Shown piece after piece: positions 47,046 to 57,470 of a stretch of DNA of 64,000 bases. Position numbers and translations under genes: made by a program. Origin of the DNA: a virus (Duplodnaviria; Heunggongvirae; Uroviricota; Caudoviricetes); the IMG/VR virus record IMGVR_UViG_3300031555_007715, one strand, 5' to 3'. The notes below the pieces were generated by a model. The model had not been told where the DNA came from, did no database searches, and saw only the letters and a list, made by a program, of their open reading frames with translations. Positions within the stretch are counted from its first letter, which is position 1; each line of letters begins with the position of its first letter.

Positions 47046-48725
47046 TTATATTTTTTCTGCTAAAAACCTTCTTGCAGTTTTCATGTGGAAGAATGGTCTT
47101 TCTTTTAATGTAAATATTTTTATTGGTTGTTCATGTGGTAATAATCTTTCTTTTACCTTTTTTGAAACCTCTTCTAACATATTGTCATCATCAAGAATTA
47201 GATATAAGTAAGGTAAAAAATATCCCTCATGATTTTCATCTTCTTTAGTTAAGAAAAATGCGTCATGTATCCCTTCAATGTCAATAATTTTGTTTTCCAT
47301 TTGATAAACAAATAAGTTTTCACCAGTATAGTGTTTTATATATCCTCTGTTTAGTACATGAACGAAGCCATCTTCTGATATATATCCAATATCGCCAGTG
47401 TGAAGCCATGTTTTTCCATCACTATGAACAAACATTATTTTTTCAGTATCTTCTGGATTTTTATATCCAACCATTAATCCTTCTCCACTCTTGCAAATTT
47501 CTCCTAGTTCATTATATCCTAATTCATTATCGGTTCCCTGCTCAAATACGCCTATGGTATCAAGAGGCATAGGTATACCAGCACAACAATCAGTTGAGGA
47601 TACATGTGGAATAGGAAGAAGGATATTAGAGCCACATTCACTCATTCCATATCCTATAGTATATGTTGCATTACTATTATGTTTTTTAAAGAATTCATTC
47701 ATTTGTTTTATTAGTTTATTGTTTGAAAATTCTGCTCCTGCACCACAAGCAACAAGGAATGATAAATCAAAGTCATCAGGAATTCTATTGCTATTTAATA
47801 AAACATTTGATGTTAATGGAATAAGTGGAAAAATATTTGACTTATTCTCCATTAGTGCAAGGTCATAATCTTCTACCATTACCAAAGGATTTAGTACCAA
47901 TATAGTGTTTGATACAAGAGGGGCAAACATCATTGATATAATAGTTGCAACTAAAGATGGTGGAAATATACCGCTTTCCCATTTTAAACGATATCCCTTA
48001 TTTGGAGGATAAAATGACATTTGTACTAGTACGCCTATAATACTATGAGCACTATGAATTACCTGTTTAGATGTTCCTGTTGTTCCAGTAGTGTACGACC
48101 TACTTAATGGTTTATTAAAATCTGAGACAACATAGTCTAATGTTTCTTTTTTACCAGCTCTCAAAAAATTTTGCCATGATGTGCATTTTTCACTATCAAA
48201 TAATTTATCAGGATATCTTGCATTTAGTGCTTTTTTAGCCGTATCTCCTATTTTCAGTGCTGAATATGTAGGTGATATATATATAATATTTTTAATTCCG
48301 TTTTTTCTGAATGCAATTTCTTCTTCTTTGCTTAAATAGTCATGAACAAAAACGGTATCAGAGCAAGAATCGCTGATAGTTTCTAGTATTTCGCAAGGAG
48401 ACCCCTCTCTACTAATAACGGACGCGCCTATAAGTTCAGCTCCCAATAATAAGTATATAAATTCAGGAACACTTAATAAAAATACAGGGATTTGGTCTCC
48501 TTCCTTGAAATTCATAGCTTTAAGAGACTTTGCTACATTGATTGAATTTTCATAAAGTTCTTTAAATGTAATTTTATTATCATAAAATCTGATTGCCTCT
48601 AATGTATCATCAGGGTTTCTCATTTTAATAAAATCAAATAAAGAACAGTTTGGAACCTCTATCTTATCTACTATTCCCCCATAGTATTTAAGCCAAGGTT
48701 TTTCACTACTTGGTTTATTATTCAT
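47046..48725 (-). CDS. Adenylate-forming (AMP-binding) acyl-CoA ligase-like enzyme
   Basis: YTTGTTGTSK, GYGMSE, GEIC..G..LM.GY, WLHTGDIG. Confidence 0.88.
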   Translation of the reverse strand: MNNKPSSEKPWLKYYGGIVDKIEVPNCSLFDFIKMRNPDDTLEAIRFYDNKITFKELYENSINVAKSLKAMNFKEGDQIPVFLLSVPEFIYLLLGAELIGASVISREGSPCEILETISDSCSDTVFVHDYLSKEEEIAFRKNGIKNIIYISPTYSALKIGDTAKKALNARYPDKLFDSEKCTSWQNFLRAGKKETLDYVVSDFNKPLSRSYTTGTTGTSKQVIHSAHSIIGVLVQMSFYPPNKGYRLKWESGIFPPSLVATIISMMFAPLVSNTILVLNPLVMVEDYDLALMENKSNIFPLIPLTSNVLLNSNRIPDDFDLSFLVACGAGAEFSNNKLIKQMNEFFKKHNSNATYTIGYGMSECGSNILLPIPHVSSTDCCAGIPMPLDTIGVFEQGTDNELGYNELGEICKSGEGLMVGYKNPEDTEKIMFVHSDGKTWLHTGDIGYISEDGFVHVLNRGYIKHYTGENLFVYQMENKIIDIEGIHDAFFLTKEDENHEGYFLPYLYLILDDDNMLEEVSKKVKERLLPHEQPIKIFTLKERPFFHMKTARRFLAEKI

Positions 48726-49012
48726 TTTTTTTACTGTCTTTATAATTAAAGACTTTCCCCTTTTATTTTTACATTTTTTATTACCCTAGACAATATTGTA
48801 AAATATTATCTTTTTTCATTCTAACATATTGGAAATTTAATTCAAAAAAATAAAATTAGATATTGCATTTTCTCATATTATGTGGCATAATATTATATAA
48901 GTAAAAGAACTTTATATATGGTATAAAGTTTTCGTTAAATATAATAAATATATAATTCGTGCATATTTAAATAAAAATATTATTTCTTTAAAAATAAAAG
49001 GAGGGGCTTTAT

Positions 49013-50863
49013 ATGGTAGATAATTATTCCTATTCCCCAGTTGGAGATGCCATAACTTTGATATTGGCAACAATTATTGTAATAATACAATGTACAACTT
49101 ATTCGAAAAAAGATACAAAGTTAAAAGTATTAACATGGATTATTCATCAGTCGATAATCGCAGCATTCTTAAATTTAATGTCTAATGGTTTTAAAAAGAT
49201 GGGAATGCCACTGTTATTAAGCGAATCTATTAAATGGATGTATTATGTTTTTTTGACTATGCTTCTTATTACTTTTCTAAGATATCTAGCAGAGGCTTTC
49301 GAATTACCTACTAAAGATGGCTGGAAAGTATTTATATTTTCGGTAATTCCTGCAAGTATATTAACAATAATGAATCTAATACATTTAATAAAATATAGTT
49401 ATACAAGCATGGATTTATTCAGAATAGTATACGTATTTTTTGTTGTATTTTTAGGTTTGTTATTGTTTTGGTATCGTAAATACATTTATAAAAACATATT
49501 GAGAACATTTACAATTGTTCTTATTTATGATTGTATTATTGCTATGGTATCTTTCTTTGCTAAAAATACATCATTTTTAACATTTTCTTATTTAGTTCCA
49601 GGTTTTACAATTTTCTATTTATTACACAATAATTCATTTAGTTTGGATTTAGGAATGTTTGATACAAATGCTTTTTTCTCTTATTTAGAAGAACTATATC
49701 AAAAAAATAAAAAATTTATGATGATATCATTGTCATTTGATGCAACATCAAAAAAAGATAATAACATAATGAAAAAAGTTAAAACTGAATTTTACGATTT
49801 TTATGGTAAATATTTGAGTAAATCTTATACTTTTAAGGTAGGAAATAATAAAAATATTGTAATAATAGAATATGATAAGTACAACAAAATAGAGTTTGAT
49901 AAGATTTATTTATCATTTATGGAAATGTATGAACATTATGAAATAGATTATAAATTAATAACCGTATCATCAAACGAACTTTTAAATAAAACAAACTCGT
50001 ATTTAAAATTTATTGAGTTTTTAGAAAACAATATGGATTTTAATACATATTATATTAGCACGGAAAGAGAAATTGGTGATTTCATTAATCATGAATATAT
50101 TGCGAGTGAATTGGCAGATATATTTAGATGTAATAACTTAAATGATGATAGAGTTCTTGTTTATTGTCAACCCGTATATAATACTATGACAAAAAGATAT
50201 GATACGGCGGAAGTTCTTATGAGATTAAATCTTAAGAAAATAGGAATGGTTTTTCCTGATAATTTTATTCACATTGCGGAGAATGAAGGATACATACATA
50301 TTCTTACTAAGATAATTTTAAATAAAGCATGTAGACAAATTAAAGAATTTGAAAGAAACAATTATATATTTAACAGAATATCTGTAAATGTATCGTTGTT
50401 AGAAATGAAAAATGAAGCTTTTTGTTCAGAAATATCAGATATTATAAAAGCCAATGATATAGAATTCTCAAAAGTTGCTATTGAATTAACAGAAAGCAAT
50501 GATGATATTGATTCTGAAATTGTCAAAGAAAGAATTATGGAATTAAGAAAATTGGGTATTAAATTTTATCTTGATGATTTTGGAACAGGATATTCTAACT
50601 TTGAAAGAATTTTGAAATTACCAATAGACATTGTTAAATTTGATAGAAGCTTAGTTATTTTATCTTCTCAAAATAGAGAATATAAGTATATGGTTAAGAA
50701 TTTTACACATATATTTAAGACACTGGGATATAAAGCACTATTTGAGGGGGTAGAAACTTCATCTGATGAAGATTTATGCATTGAAATAGGTGCTGATTAC
50801 TTGCAAGGATATAAATATTCTAAACCTATTCCATTTGATGAATTCTCTAAATTTTTAGATTAA
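49013..50863 (+). CDS. Membrane-bound EAL-domain c-di-GMP phosphodiesterase
   Basis: About 6 TM helices; QP, EVLMR, IELTE, DDFGTGYSN, KFDR, EGVE, QGY. Confidence 0.9.
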   Translation: MVDNYSYSPVGDAITLILATIIVIIQCTTYSKKDTKLKVLTWIIHQSIIAAFLNLMSNGFKKMGMPLLLSESIKWMYYVFLTMLLITFLRYLAEAFELPTKDGWKVFIFSVIPASILTIMNLIHLIKYSYTSMDLFRIVYVFFVVFLGLLLFWYRKYIYKNILRTFTIVLIYDCIIAMVSFFAKNTSFLTFSYLVPGFTIFYLLHNNSFSLDLGMFDTNAFFSYLEELYQKNKKFMMISLSFDATSKKDNNIMKKVKTEFYDFYGKYLSKSYTFKVGNNKNIVIIEYDKYNKIEFDKIYLSFMEMYEHYEIDYKLITVSSNELLNKTNSYLKFIEFLENNMDFNTYYISTEREIGDFINHEYIASELADIFRCNNLNDDRVLVYCQPVYNTMTKRYDTAEVLMRLNLKKIGMVFPDNFIHIAENEGYIHILTKIILNKACRQIKEFERNNYIFNRISVNVSLLEMKNEAFCSEISDIIKANDIEFSKVAIELTESNDDIDSEIVKERIMELRKLGIKFYLDDFGTGYSNFERILKLPIDIVKFDRSLVILSSQNREYKYMVKNFTHIFKTLGYKALFEGVETSSDEDLCIEIGADYLQGYKYSKPIPFDEFSKFLD

Positions 50864-50867
50864 TACT

Positions 50868-50899
50868 AAAAAGGACCGCTAGAAATAGTGGTCCTTTTA
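50868..50899 (+). terminator. Terminator of the EAL gene
   Basis: AAGGACCGCT/AGTGGTCCTT stem plus T run. Confidence 0.75.
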
Positions 50900-50924
50900 T
50901 AATAGAATTTTTTTATCTAAAATA

Positions 50925-50970
50925 GAAAATGCATCCGATATCCTGTTTTTAAACAAAACATCGAATGCAT
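50925..50970 (-). terminator. Terminator-like hairpin 3' of the ROOL-like RNA
   Basis: ATGCATTCGAT/ATCGGATGCAT stem with minus-strand G-U pair, then TTTTC. Confidence 0.65.
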
Positions 50971-50980
50971 ATCAAACAAA

Positions 50981-51563
50981 TATAGATTCAGACCTTCGTC
51001 TTATTCCTCGCTAATTCTCATTTCTTCGGCCACTGTGCAAACAAGTCTGAGCCAATAATTCGTCAACTATTAACTTCTTGCCTGAACCTTTCGGTTATAA
51101 TCACAAAGAGGATTGGTTACCTCTAAATTTCACAAACCATTCAGATAATTTTATTATAGAAAAAGTAAATCATTTCTCTTCGTTAATTTATTTTCTTCTA
51201 TCTAAGAATGTTATCTTAAGCATGTCTTTGCTACTTTTACTTGGCTCTTACCTTATAGTATGTTTCCATACATCACGACATATCCCATTGTTTGGTGTTC
51301 CCAGCGTTTTCACTATTTTACCAGAATAGGGCTACTGGGTTCTTCTCTTCACGAGCGTCTATTGTTGGGACGGTAAGTTCAATGCCTTAATGAGCTCAAC
51401 AAAGATACACAAAGCCTTTTTGTTGAGGGGTTCCCCTCTTCTCATCATTACTCACATAATGATGACAGCTCTCTCCTTCAAGTATCCTTAAAAGCATTTA
51501 CTGTTATTCAGCCTTTCTCGGAAGGAGTGGTTAGCTCCCTTATGCACCGAGGTGAATCTGTAT
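50981..51563 (-). ncRNA. ROOL-like large ornate RNA (about 580 nt)
   Basis: Ends pair (AGATTCA/TGAATCT); length matches ROOL; blocks such as GCCAAGTAAAAGTAGCAAAGAC, CTGAATGGT, GGCTCAGACTT..GCACAGT recalled as ROOL-like. Confidence 0.75.
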
Positions 51564-51572
51564 TGTAGATAT

Positions 51573-51601
51573 ATAATATCATTTAATATTGTTTTTGTCA
51601 A
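51573..51601 (-). promoter_or_regulatory. Strong sigmaA promoter for the ROOL-like RNA
   Basis: TTGACA-17-TATTAT with TG extension. Confidence 0.8.
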
Positions 51602-51664
51602 TACCTTTTTTAAAAAAATAAAAATCCACTCAAAAGACAATGTCAATCTGAATGGATTTTTATT

Positions 51665-52390
51665 TTAGTTAACTGTTAACATATCTGTAAATAATGTTAC
51701 CCAATCTTCATCACCAGTATTTCTGTACTGCATAGCCTGAACCTCAACTTCTATAGTTAAATCAGACTTTTCATACTCATCACCAGCAGCTTTTATTAAT
51801 TTCAAAAGATATGTATAATCTACAGATGTAATATCAGCACTAGGATTTGCCCCTTCAACGCTGTTAGTTGTACTGTCTGCGTCTATTTCTGCGTTAGCCC
51901 CTACACCATTAAGTGCAACCTGAGGGGTAATATATCTCACATATTTTACGCTAGATAAATCTGATACGCCTATGTTATTTGCTGATACAAATGTTCTTCC
52001 ATCAAGGGAATAGAACTTTTCACCAAGTTCTCTGTTAGTACTTGTCTTTAATGAATACACATATGCGGGCAATGTACCGTCAGCAACGTTGATAGTAATA
52101 ACGTTTCTGGTCATAATTGATTTATTTCCTTTATTTTCAACACTGAATGTAAAGTCATGAGGAGTTCCACCTCTTGATGTTGAAGATTTTGTTTCGTCGT
52201 TATCTCCAGGATTAATATTATTTGCATTTGTTAATGCAAGTGGTCCCATTGCAATAGTAACCTCACCAGCCTGTCCTTGTGTTGAATCTTCTGCTTTATC
52301 AATGAAGAATGCATATGAACCTCCAATGACTGCTCCAATTGCTAAAACGGAAGCAACTCCTATTACTAAAAGTTTTTTTATTTTGTTCAT
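51665..52390 (-). CDS. Secreted TasA/camelysin-like protein with SipW-type signal peptide
   Basis: MNKIKK + hydrophobic stretch + GGSYAFFID; paralog of the next gene. Confidence 0.75.
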   Translation of the reverse strand: MNKIKKLLVIGVASVLAIGAVIGGSYAFFIDKAEDSTQGQAGEVTIAMGPLALTNANNINPGDNDETKSSTSRGGTPHDFTFSVENKGNKSIMTRNVITINVADGTLPAYVYSLKTSTNRELGEKFYSLDGRTFVSANNIGVSDLSSVKYVRYITPQVALNGVGANAEIDADSTTNSVEGANPSADITSVDYTYLLKLIKAAGDEYEKSDLTIEVEVQAMQYRNTGDEDWVTLFTDMLTVN

Positions 52391-52520
52391 GATAATTTTC
52401 CTTTCTGAAATTTAGTTTTAAACAATTTTATTATACTATAAAGATTTTGTTATTGCAATTATTTTTCTAAAATAATAAAAAAATAAAAGCAACTACCTTG
52501 TTACAGTAGTTGCTCTTTAA

Positions 52521-53240
52521 TTATGGCTGAGTTACAGTATGTGTAAACAATGTATCCCATTCTGCGTCAGTAGTATTTCTATATTGCATAGCCTGTACTT
52601 CGATGTCAATGGTTAATTTAGATAACTCATATGCTCCGTCAGGAGTATTCTTATCAAGCTTTAAGATATAGTCATAATCAACTGCACTAATTGCTTCATT
52701 TGTCTTTACAGCGTCAGTATTAACTGCTACTGCATCATTATCTTCTGCATTTTCACCAACACCATTTAAAGCAACCTGAGTAGTAATATATCTTACATAT
52801 TTTACATCAGCAGGCTTAGAAGCGGTGAAGGTTACACCATCAGTAGAGTAGTATTTCTTTACTAACTCGGTAGCGTCATCAGACTTTAAGCTGTAATAAG
52901 ATGGGTCAAGGGCATTACCAGACTCGTCATTTACAGTAAGAGTGATGATATTTCTGGTCATTACAGATTTATTACCAATATTGTCAACGGTAAAGGTTAA
53001 ATCATGATTAGTACCTAATCTTGCACTTGCATCAAGGGTTTCATCTTCGTCACCAGGATTGATGTTACCGAAGTTGGAAAGCTCAGGCTTTTCAGAAACC
53101 TCAATATCAACTTTACCAGCGGTACCGTTTGTTGCCTCATTTGCAGTATCAGTAAAGAATGCAAATGTTCCAACTGTTAATGCTGCCACAGCCGCAAGGG
53201 ATGCGCAACCAATAGCGATTAATTTTTTATTCTTTTTCAT
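52521..53240 (-). CDS. Secreted TasA/camelysin-like protein with SipW-type signal peptide
   Basis: VGTFAFFTD signature; shares NINPGD, N.GNKS.MTRN, EVQAMQYRNT with paralog. Confidence 0.75.
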   Translation of the reverse strand: MKKNKKLIAIGCASLAAVAALTVGTFAFFTDTANEATNGTAGKVDIEVSEKPELSNFGNINPGDEDETLDASARLGTNHDLTFTVDNIGNKSVMTRNIITLTVNDESGNALDPSYYSLKSDDATELVKKYYSTDGVTFTASKPADVKYVRYITTQVALNGVGENAEDNDAVAVNTDAVKTNEAISAVDYDYILKLDKNTPDGAYELSKLTIDIEVQAMQYRNTTDAEWDTLFTHTVTQP

Positions 53241-53593
53241 TTTACTTTAATTAATAGATAAAAAATTACCTATTAATCCTCCTTTCAGTTTATTATTTTT
53301 AAGATTATAGAAGTTGCGATTTATTATCTATAAGGTTATTTTAATATTAAAAATACGGAATGTCAATTGTTTTGCCATATTTTTTGTTGTTTTTACAAAA
53401 AAAATGTCAAAATGAGATTATTTAAGTGAATATGCCATTTGTTGGCATAGCTAATATGTTTTACTTATTTTTTATAGTAGGTGGCTTATGGTATTTTTGT
53501 TGTTTTTATGAATATTATTATATATAATTAAATATAGACAAAATATATTTTTTTTGATATAATATATGCAAACATAAAATCAAAGGAGAAAAT

Positions 53594-54304
53594 ATGCAAA
53601 ACATGTTTATGATTCCAGATAACAACTGGGATTTTATTAATAAAGAGAAAAATAAAGAATTATTAAAAATATATGATGCAATAAAAAATGATGGATTTTT
53701 TCCTCATGAAGATAATGTTTTACGTTTTTTAAAGATGGATTTCAATAATATAAAATATGTAATTATGGGAATGGAACCTTATCCGTCTTCATATACTGTT
53801 AATAATATATTGTTTCCTGAGGCAACGGGCAGAAGCTTTGAAGTTTCTAGTATGATTAATAAAACGTGGCAAGACAAGTTTAAGCAAAGTTCTTTAAGAA
53901 ACATATTAAAGACTATTTATTATAATGAAGAGGGAGTAATAATACCATTAGATTCAATAAGAAAGAAAATTGCTAATAAGGAGTTTATTATAGCTGCACC
54001 TAGTGAATGGTTTAATTCACTAGAAAAACAAGGAGTTTTATTTTTGAATGCAACTTTGACAGTAAAGCCAGGCGTTGTTGCGTCTCAAACGATATACTGG
54101 AAAAGTTTTATGCAGGATTTAATAATTCATATAAATGAAAAATCTGATGCTAAATGGTTTTTATGGGGTAATGATGCAAAAAATGCGGTACTTCCGTATG
54201 TTGATGAAAAGAAATGCATTATTACATGTCATCCCAGATTAGCTCAGTTTGTTGATGAAAATTGTTTTCAATATGCAAAGGATATTGATTGGAAAGGAGT
54301 ATAA
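53594..54304 (+). CDS. Uracil-DNA glycosylase family 1-like protein (variant motifs)
   Basis: GMEPYP (vs GQDPY), SLRNI, QGVLFLNATLTV, F.LWG, HPR. Confidence 0.8.
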   Translation: MQNMFMIPDNNWDFINKEKNKELLKIYDAIKNDGFFPHEDNVLRFLKMDFNNIKYVIMGMEPYPSSYTVNNILFPEATGRSFEVSSMINKTWQDKFKQSSLRNILKTIYYNEEGVIIPLDSIRKKIANKEFIIAAPSEWFNSLEKQGVLFLNATLTVKPGVVASQTIYWKSFMQDLIIHINEKSDAKWFLWGNDAKNAVLPYVDEKKCIITCHPRLAQFVDENCFQYAKDIDWKGV

Positions 54305-54306
54305 AA

Positions 54307-55008
54307 ATGAATTATTTTATTACAGGTGATATTCATGGCAAATTAGATAAGTTGATAGAATTTAAAGAAAAGTTCAAGAACACCATGGATTTTAATAACG
54401 TTACAGTTATTATATTAGGAGACTGTGCTTTTAATTTCTATTTAAATAAAACGGATAGGAAAAGAAAAACAGAGGCAAATGCATTAGGATTTACTATTTT
54501 AAATATAAAGGGTAATCATGAATTGCATGCAGACAAAATTGATTCATATAAAATGAAACAATGGAACGGAGCGCCTGTTTATTATGAAGAAGAATTTCCA
54601 AACTTACTTTTTGCAAAAGATGGTGAAATTTATGAGTTAAATGATAAAAAAGTATTTGTTATGGGGGGAGCTTATTCTGTAGATAAATATTATAGAATAT
54701 TAAGAGGATGGACCTGGTTTGATTCAGAACAGCCCGATGAGGATACAAAAAAATTTGCTATAGAAAATTTAGAAAAGAATAATTGGAACGTTGATGTTGT
54801 CTTAACTCATACTGCCCCTTTAAAAGCTGAGCCAGTACATTTATTTCTTAGTCAGATAGACCAAAGTACTGTTGATAAAACAACGGAGATTTTTCTTGAT
54901 GATATTTCTAACAAGTTAAAATTTGATAGATGGTATTTTGGACATTATCATGGCGAGTGGGATTTTGACAAATATCATTTAATGTTTAATTCTTGGGTTG
55001 AACTATAA
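54307..55008 (+). CDS. Metallophosphoesterase
   Basis: GDIHG, LGD, GNHE, GGA.S.D, TH, WYFGHYH. Confidence 0.9.
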   Translation: MNYFITGDIHGKLDKLIEFKEKFKNTMDFNNVTVIILGDCAFNFYLNKTDRKRKTEANALGFTILNIKGNHELHADKIDSYKMKQWNGAPVYYEEEFPNLLFAKDGEIYELNDKKVFVMGGAYSVDKYYRILRGWTWFDSEQPDEDTKKFAIENLEKNNWNVDVVLTHTAPLKAEPVHLFLSQIDQSTVDKTTEIFLDDISNKLKFDRWYFGHYHGEWDFDKYHLMFNSWVEL

Positions 55009-55038
55009 AATAATAGCCCTGCCGAGTGTTCGACGGGG

Positions 55039-55212
55039 CTATATTTCAAATTCGGTCATTTCTGTTACGCTACCATATAGTTTGTAGGTATCAATTATAC
55101 TATTGGTATTGTTAATTGTTTTGTTATTCTTATTATCAATCCCTTTTTTCTTTTTGTTTTCTTCTGATGCTTTTGCTAATTCTGGATATTGTTCAGAAAA
55201 AGTTTTCTTCAT
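55039..55212 (-). CDS. Small hypothetical protein (57 aa, MKKTFSEQYPELAKA...)
   Basis: AAGGAGG RBS; manually translated. Confidence 0.55.
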   Translation of the reverse strand: MKKTFSEQYPELAKASEENKKKKGIDNKNNKTINNTNSIIDTYKLYGSVTEMTEFEI

Positions 55213-55323
55213 ACTACACCTCCTTTATAATGACTATTAAATAAGTTACTATATTTATATTATAAAAGAGCTTATCTTAAAAATCAAATAGGTTTTGTGT
55301 ATAAAATAATAAATATTCAATGT

Positions 55324-55995
55324 TTATTTTATATTTCTTTTTTCCCAAAATGTTTTTGCGAGATTCATGTATTCAATAGCCGTGTCATTATCACATACAA
55401 CAGTATTAGAAAATTTTAAGAAATTTTCTAATATAAAGGTTTCGTTATCAATTAGATAAACTTTTTTAACATATTTTTTGATATCTTTATCAAACAAAGA
55501 TAAGTACCATTCTAATGCTTTTTTATTACCTTTTGCATTATCGAATATATTACTATTCTCATCATTAAAATATTTAAGTATTTCGTTTGTATGAATGTCT
55601 GGTCTGTCTAATACTTGATGTCCTTTTTGATTATTCATTCCACCAGTGATAGGCATGAATGCAAAATTTTCGAAGGAGTGATGTTTTTTTGCACAGTATT
55701 CTAATAATTCTAGTCCATGTGTAGTATTTATATAATTTTTAAGAATACCGATTTTTTTATCATTAAAATTGAAAATACAATCTCCTGCCATTTTGAATTT
55801 AGGAAATTCTTTTTTTTGCTCAACATCATCTCTTAATTTTATATACCAACGCTTGCATGTTGGGCTTGTTTCATCATTTTCTATTTTTGAAAAATCAAAA
55901 TAATTTCCAAAAAATGCGGGATAAACTTTATTGTAGAATTCCATCCAAACATCCATACATGAATCAATGTCGTGTTCCAAGTCCTTAAACTTCAT
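55324..55995 (-). CDS. Hypothetical protein
   Basis: 223-aa ORF, GAGGTG RBS. Confidence 0.65.
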   Translation of the reverse strand: MKFKDLEHDIDSCMDVWMEFYNKVYPAFFGNYFDFSKIENDETSPTCKRWYIKLRDDVEQKKEFPKFKMAGDCIFNFNDKKIGILKNYINTTHGLELLEYCAKKHHSFENFAFMPITGGMNNQKGHQVLDRPDIHTNEILKYFNDENSNIFDNAKGNKKALEWYLSLFDKDIKKYVKKVYLIDNETFILENFLKFSNTVVCDNDTAIEYMNLAKTFWEKRNIK

Positions 55996-56079
55996 AATGT
56001 TGATACACCTCTCTCTAAAGACAATATATTTTTCTGTTTATGATATAAAGCCCGCTTGATTTTTCAAACGGGCTTTTTG

Positions 56080-56685
56080 TTATTTAGAATATTCTTTTAT
56101 ACATTTCCATATATTTTTTTTATCCAACTTAAGAATAAGTCTTTTTACCTGAATCTCAATAAGGTTATATTTCTTTGATAATTCTTTCACAGTCATAGTT
56201 TTTGAATCATCAGCAAATCCTTTAGGTATAATCTGCACTCTACAAGGCTTTTTCTGAATTCCCTTTTGTGCTTTAATGTCTTGCTTAAACTCTTCTGATT
56301 CTTCATAGAGTTTTGCAATTTTATAGAACCAGTTTTTACTATATCCAATTCGAGTATACGCCTGTTGAGGAGTTATTAAATAATTTTCATAATCCCAATA
56401 AGCTTTTTTGAACTCATCAGTGATACCTTTTTCTCTTTTTCTACCTCTGGATTTTTCATTAAAACACTCTTTAGTAGAGATAGCACCTCTAATATTTTTA
56501 TCTTCTTTTAGGCGCTTCTTTAATTCTGTCTGATATTCTTTTGACTCTTCATATTTCTTTGCCTTAGAATAAATGCTCTTATGATAATATTCACTATGGC
56601 CTAAATATTTACCCATTTCTCTGAGAGAGCTAATCTTTCTTGTTCTGAATAACCAATATGCTTCTATAAATTTTTCATCAAACAT
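56080..56685 (-). CDS. Protein with tandem resolvase-like HTH repeats, putative DNA-binding
   Basis: Repeated F..AYW.....I......G.S..WFY....YEE units. Confidence 0.5.
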   Translation of the reverse strand: MFDEKFIEAYWLFRTRKISSLREMGKYLGHSEYYHKSIYSKAKKYEESKEYQTELKKRLKEDKNIRGAISTKECFNEKSRGRKREKGITDEFKKAYWDYENYLITPQQAYTRIGYSKNWFYKIAKLYEESEEFKQDIKAQKGIQKKPCRVQIIPKGFADDSKTMTVKELSKKYNLIEIQVKRLILKLDKKNIWKCIKEYSK

Positions 56686-56773
56686 AGTAATTCACCATCC
56701 TTTTATTAAATCATACCACATTTTATAATATTTGTCTAGTATTTTTTATAAATTTTTATAATATTCAAAATAT

Positions 56774-57331
56774 TTATTTTCGTTTTTCTTCTAAATAAAA
56801 ATAAATCATGTTTCTGTATTCGATTAATTTTTCTTTGTCTTTTACACAATATAAATTAGCCATTCGAGAACCCGTATAATTTTTTACAAGCCCCAGTTTT
56901 ACAAGTGCGTCCATTTCTTCAATATGATATATTTCATAGTCTCTTAAAGAATAATCACCAAATCTATCGTTGGTTGCTGTGTCTTCTATTTCACTAATAG
57001 CCCCAAGTATATTTCTTGCTGGATATTCTTTTCCGTCAATTTTGATAAAATTCACAATAACGGGTTTTTCTAAAAAATCGATATTCAATTTATTACTTTT
57101 ATAGATATATTCTCTGTACTCGTCAAAAGTTAAGTCTTCTACGTAAAAAAATTCTGTATCACATCCAAAGTCAATTTTTAATCGATTATAGTCTCCATAA
57201 ACACGAGTAGAGTAGTTTTTATAATTATGCTCATCTAGGAATTTTTTGATTTCAATGTCTATTTCATCGATGCTTGATAGTTCATTTATTGTTTTTTCTT
57301 CATTTTCGTTATTCTTAAATATTAGTTTCAT
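56774..57331 (-). CDS. Hypothetical protein
   Basis: 185-aa ORF, GAGGTG RBS. Confidence 0.65.
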   Translation of the reverse strand: MKLIFKNNENEEKTINELSSIDEIDIEIKKFLDEHNYKNYSTRVYGDYNRLKIDFGCDTEFFYVEDLTFDEYREYIYKSNKLNIDFLEKPVIVNFIKIDGKEYPARNILGAISEIEDTATNDRFGDYSLRDYEIYHIEEMDALVKLGLVKNYTGSRMANLYCVKDKEKLIEYRNMIYFYLEEKRK

Positions 57332-57470
57332 AATATCACCTCTTTAATCCTTTTTTGTTTAATAATACCACAAAATAGGGTATTTGTCAATATATAAAAT
57401 ATTTAATAAAAGCTATAGATTATTCAAGAAAAATAAGGTAAAATTATAGAAGGGGAGAAAGGACGTTATT

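Noticed and set aside
51078-51329. 83-aa plus-strand ORF
   Set aside because: Antisense to the ROOL-like RNA; no RBS.
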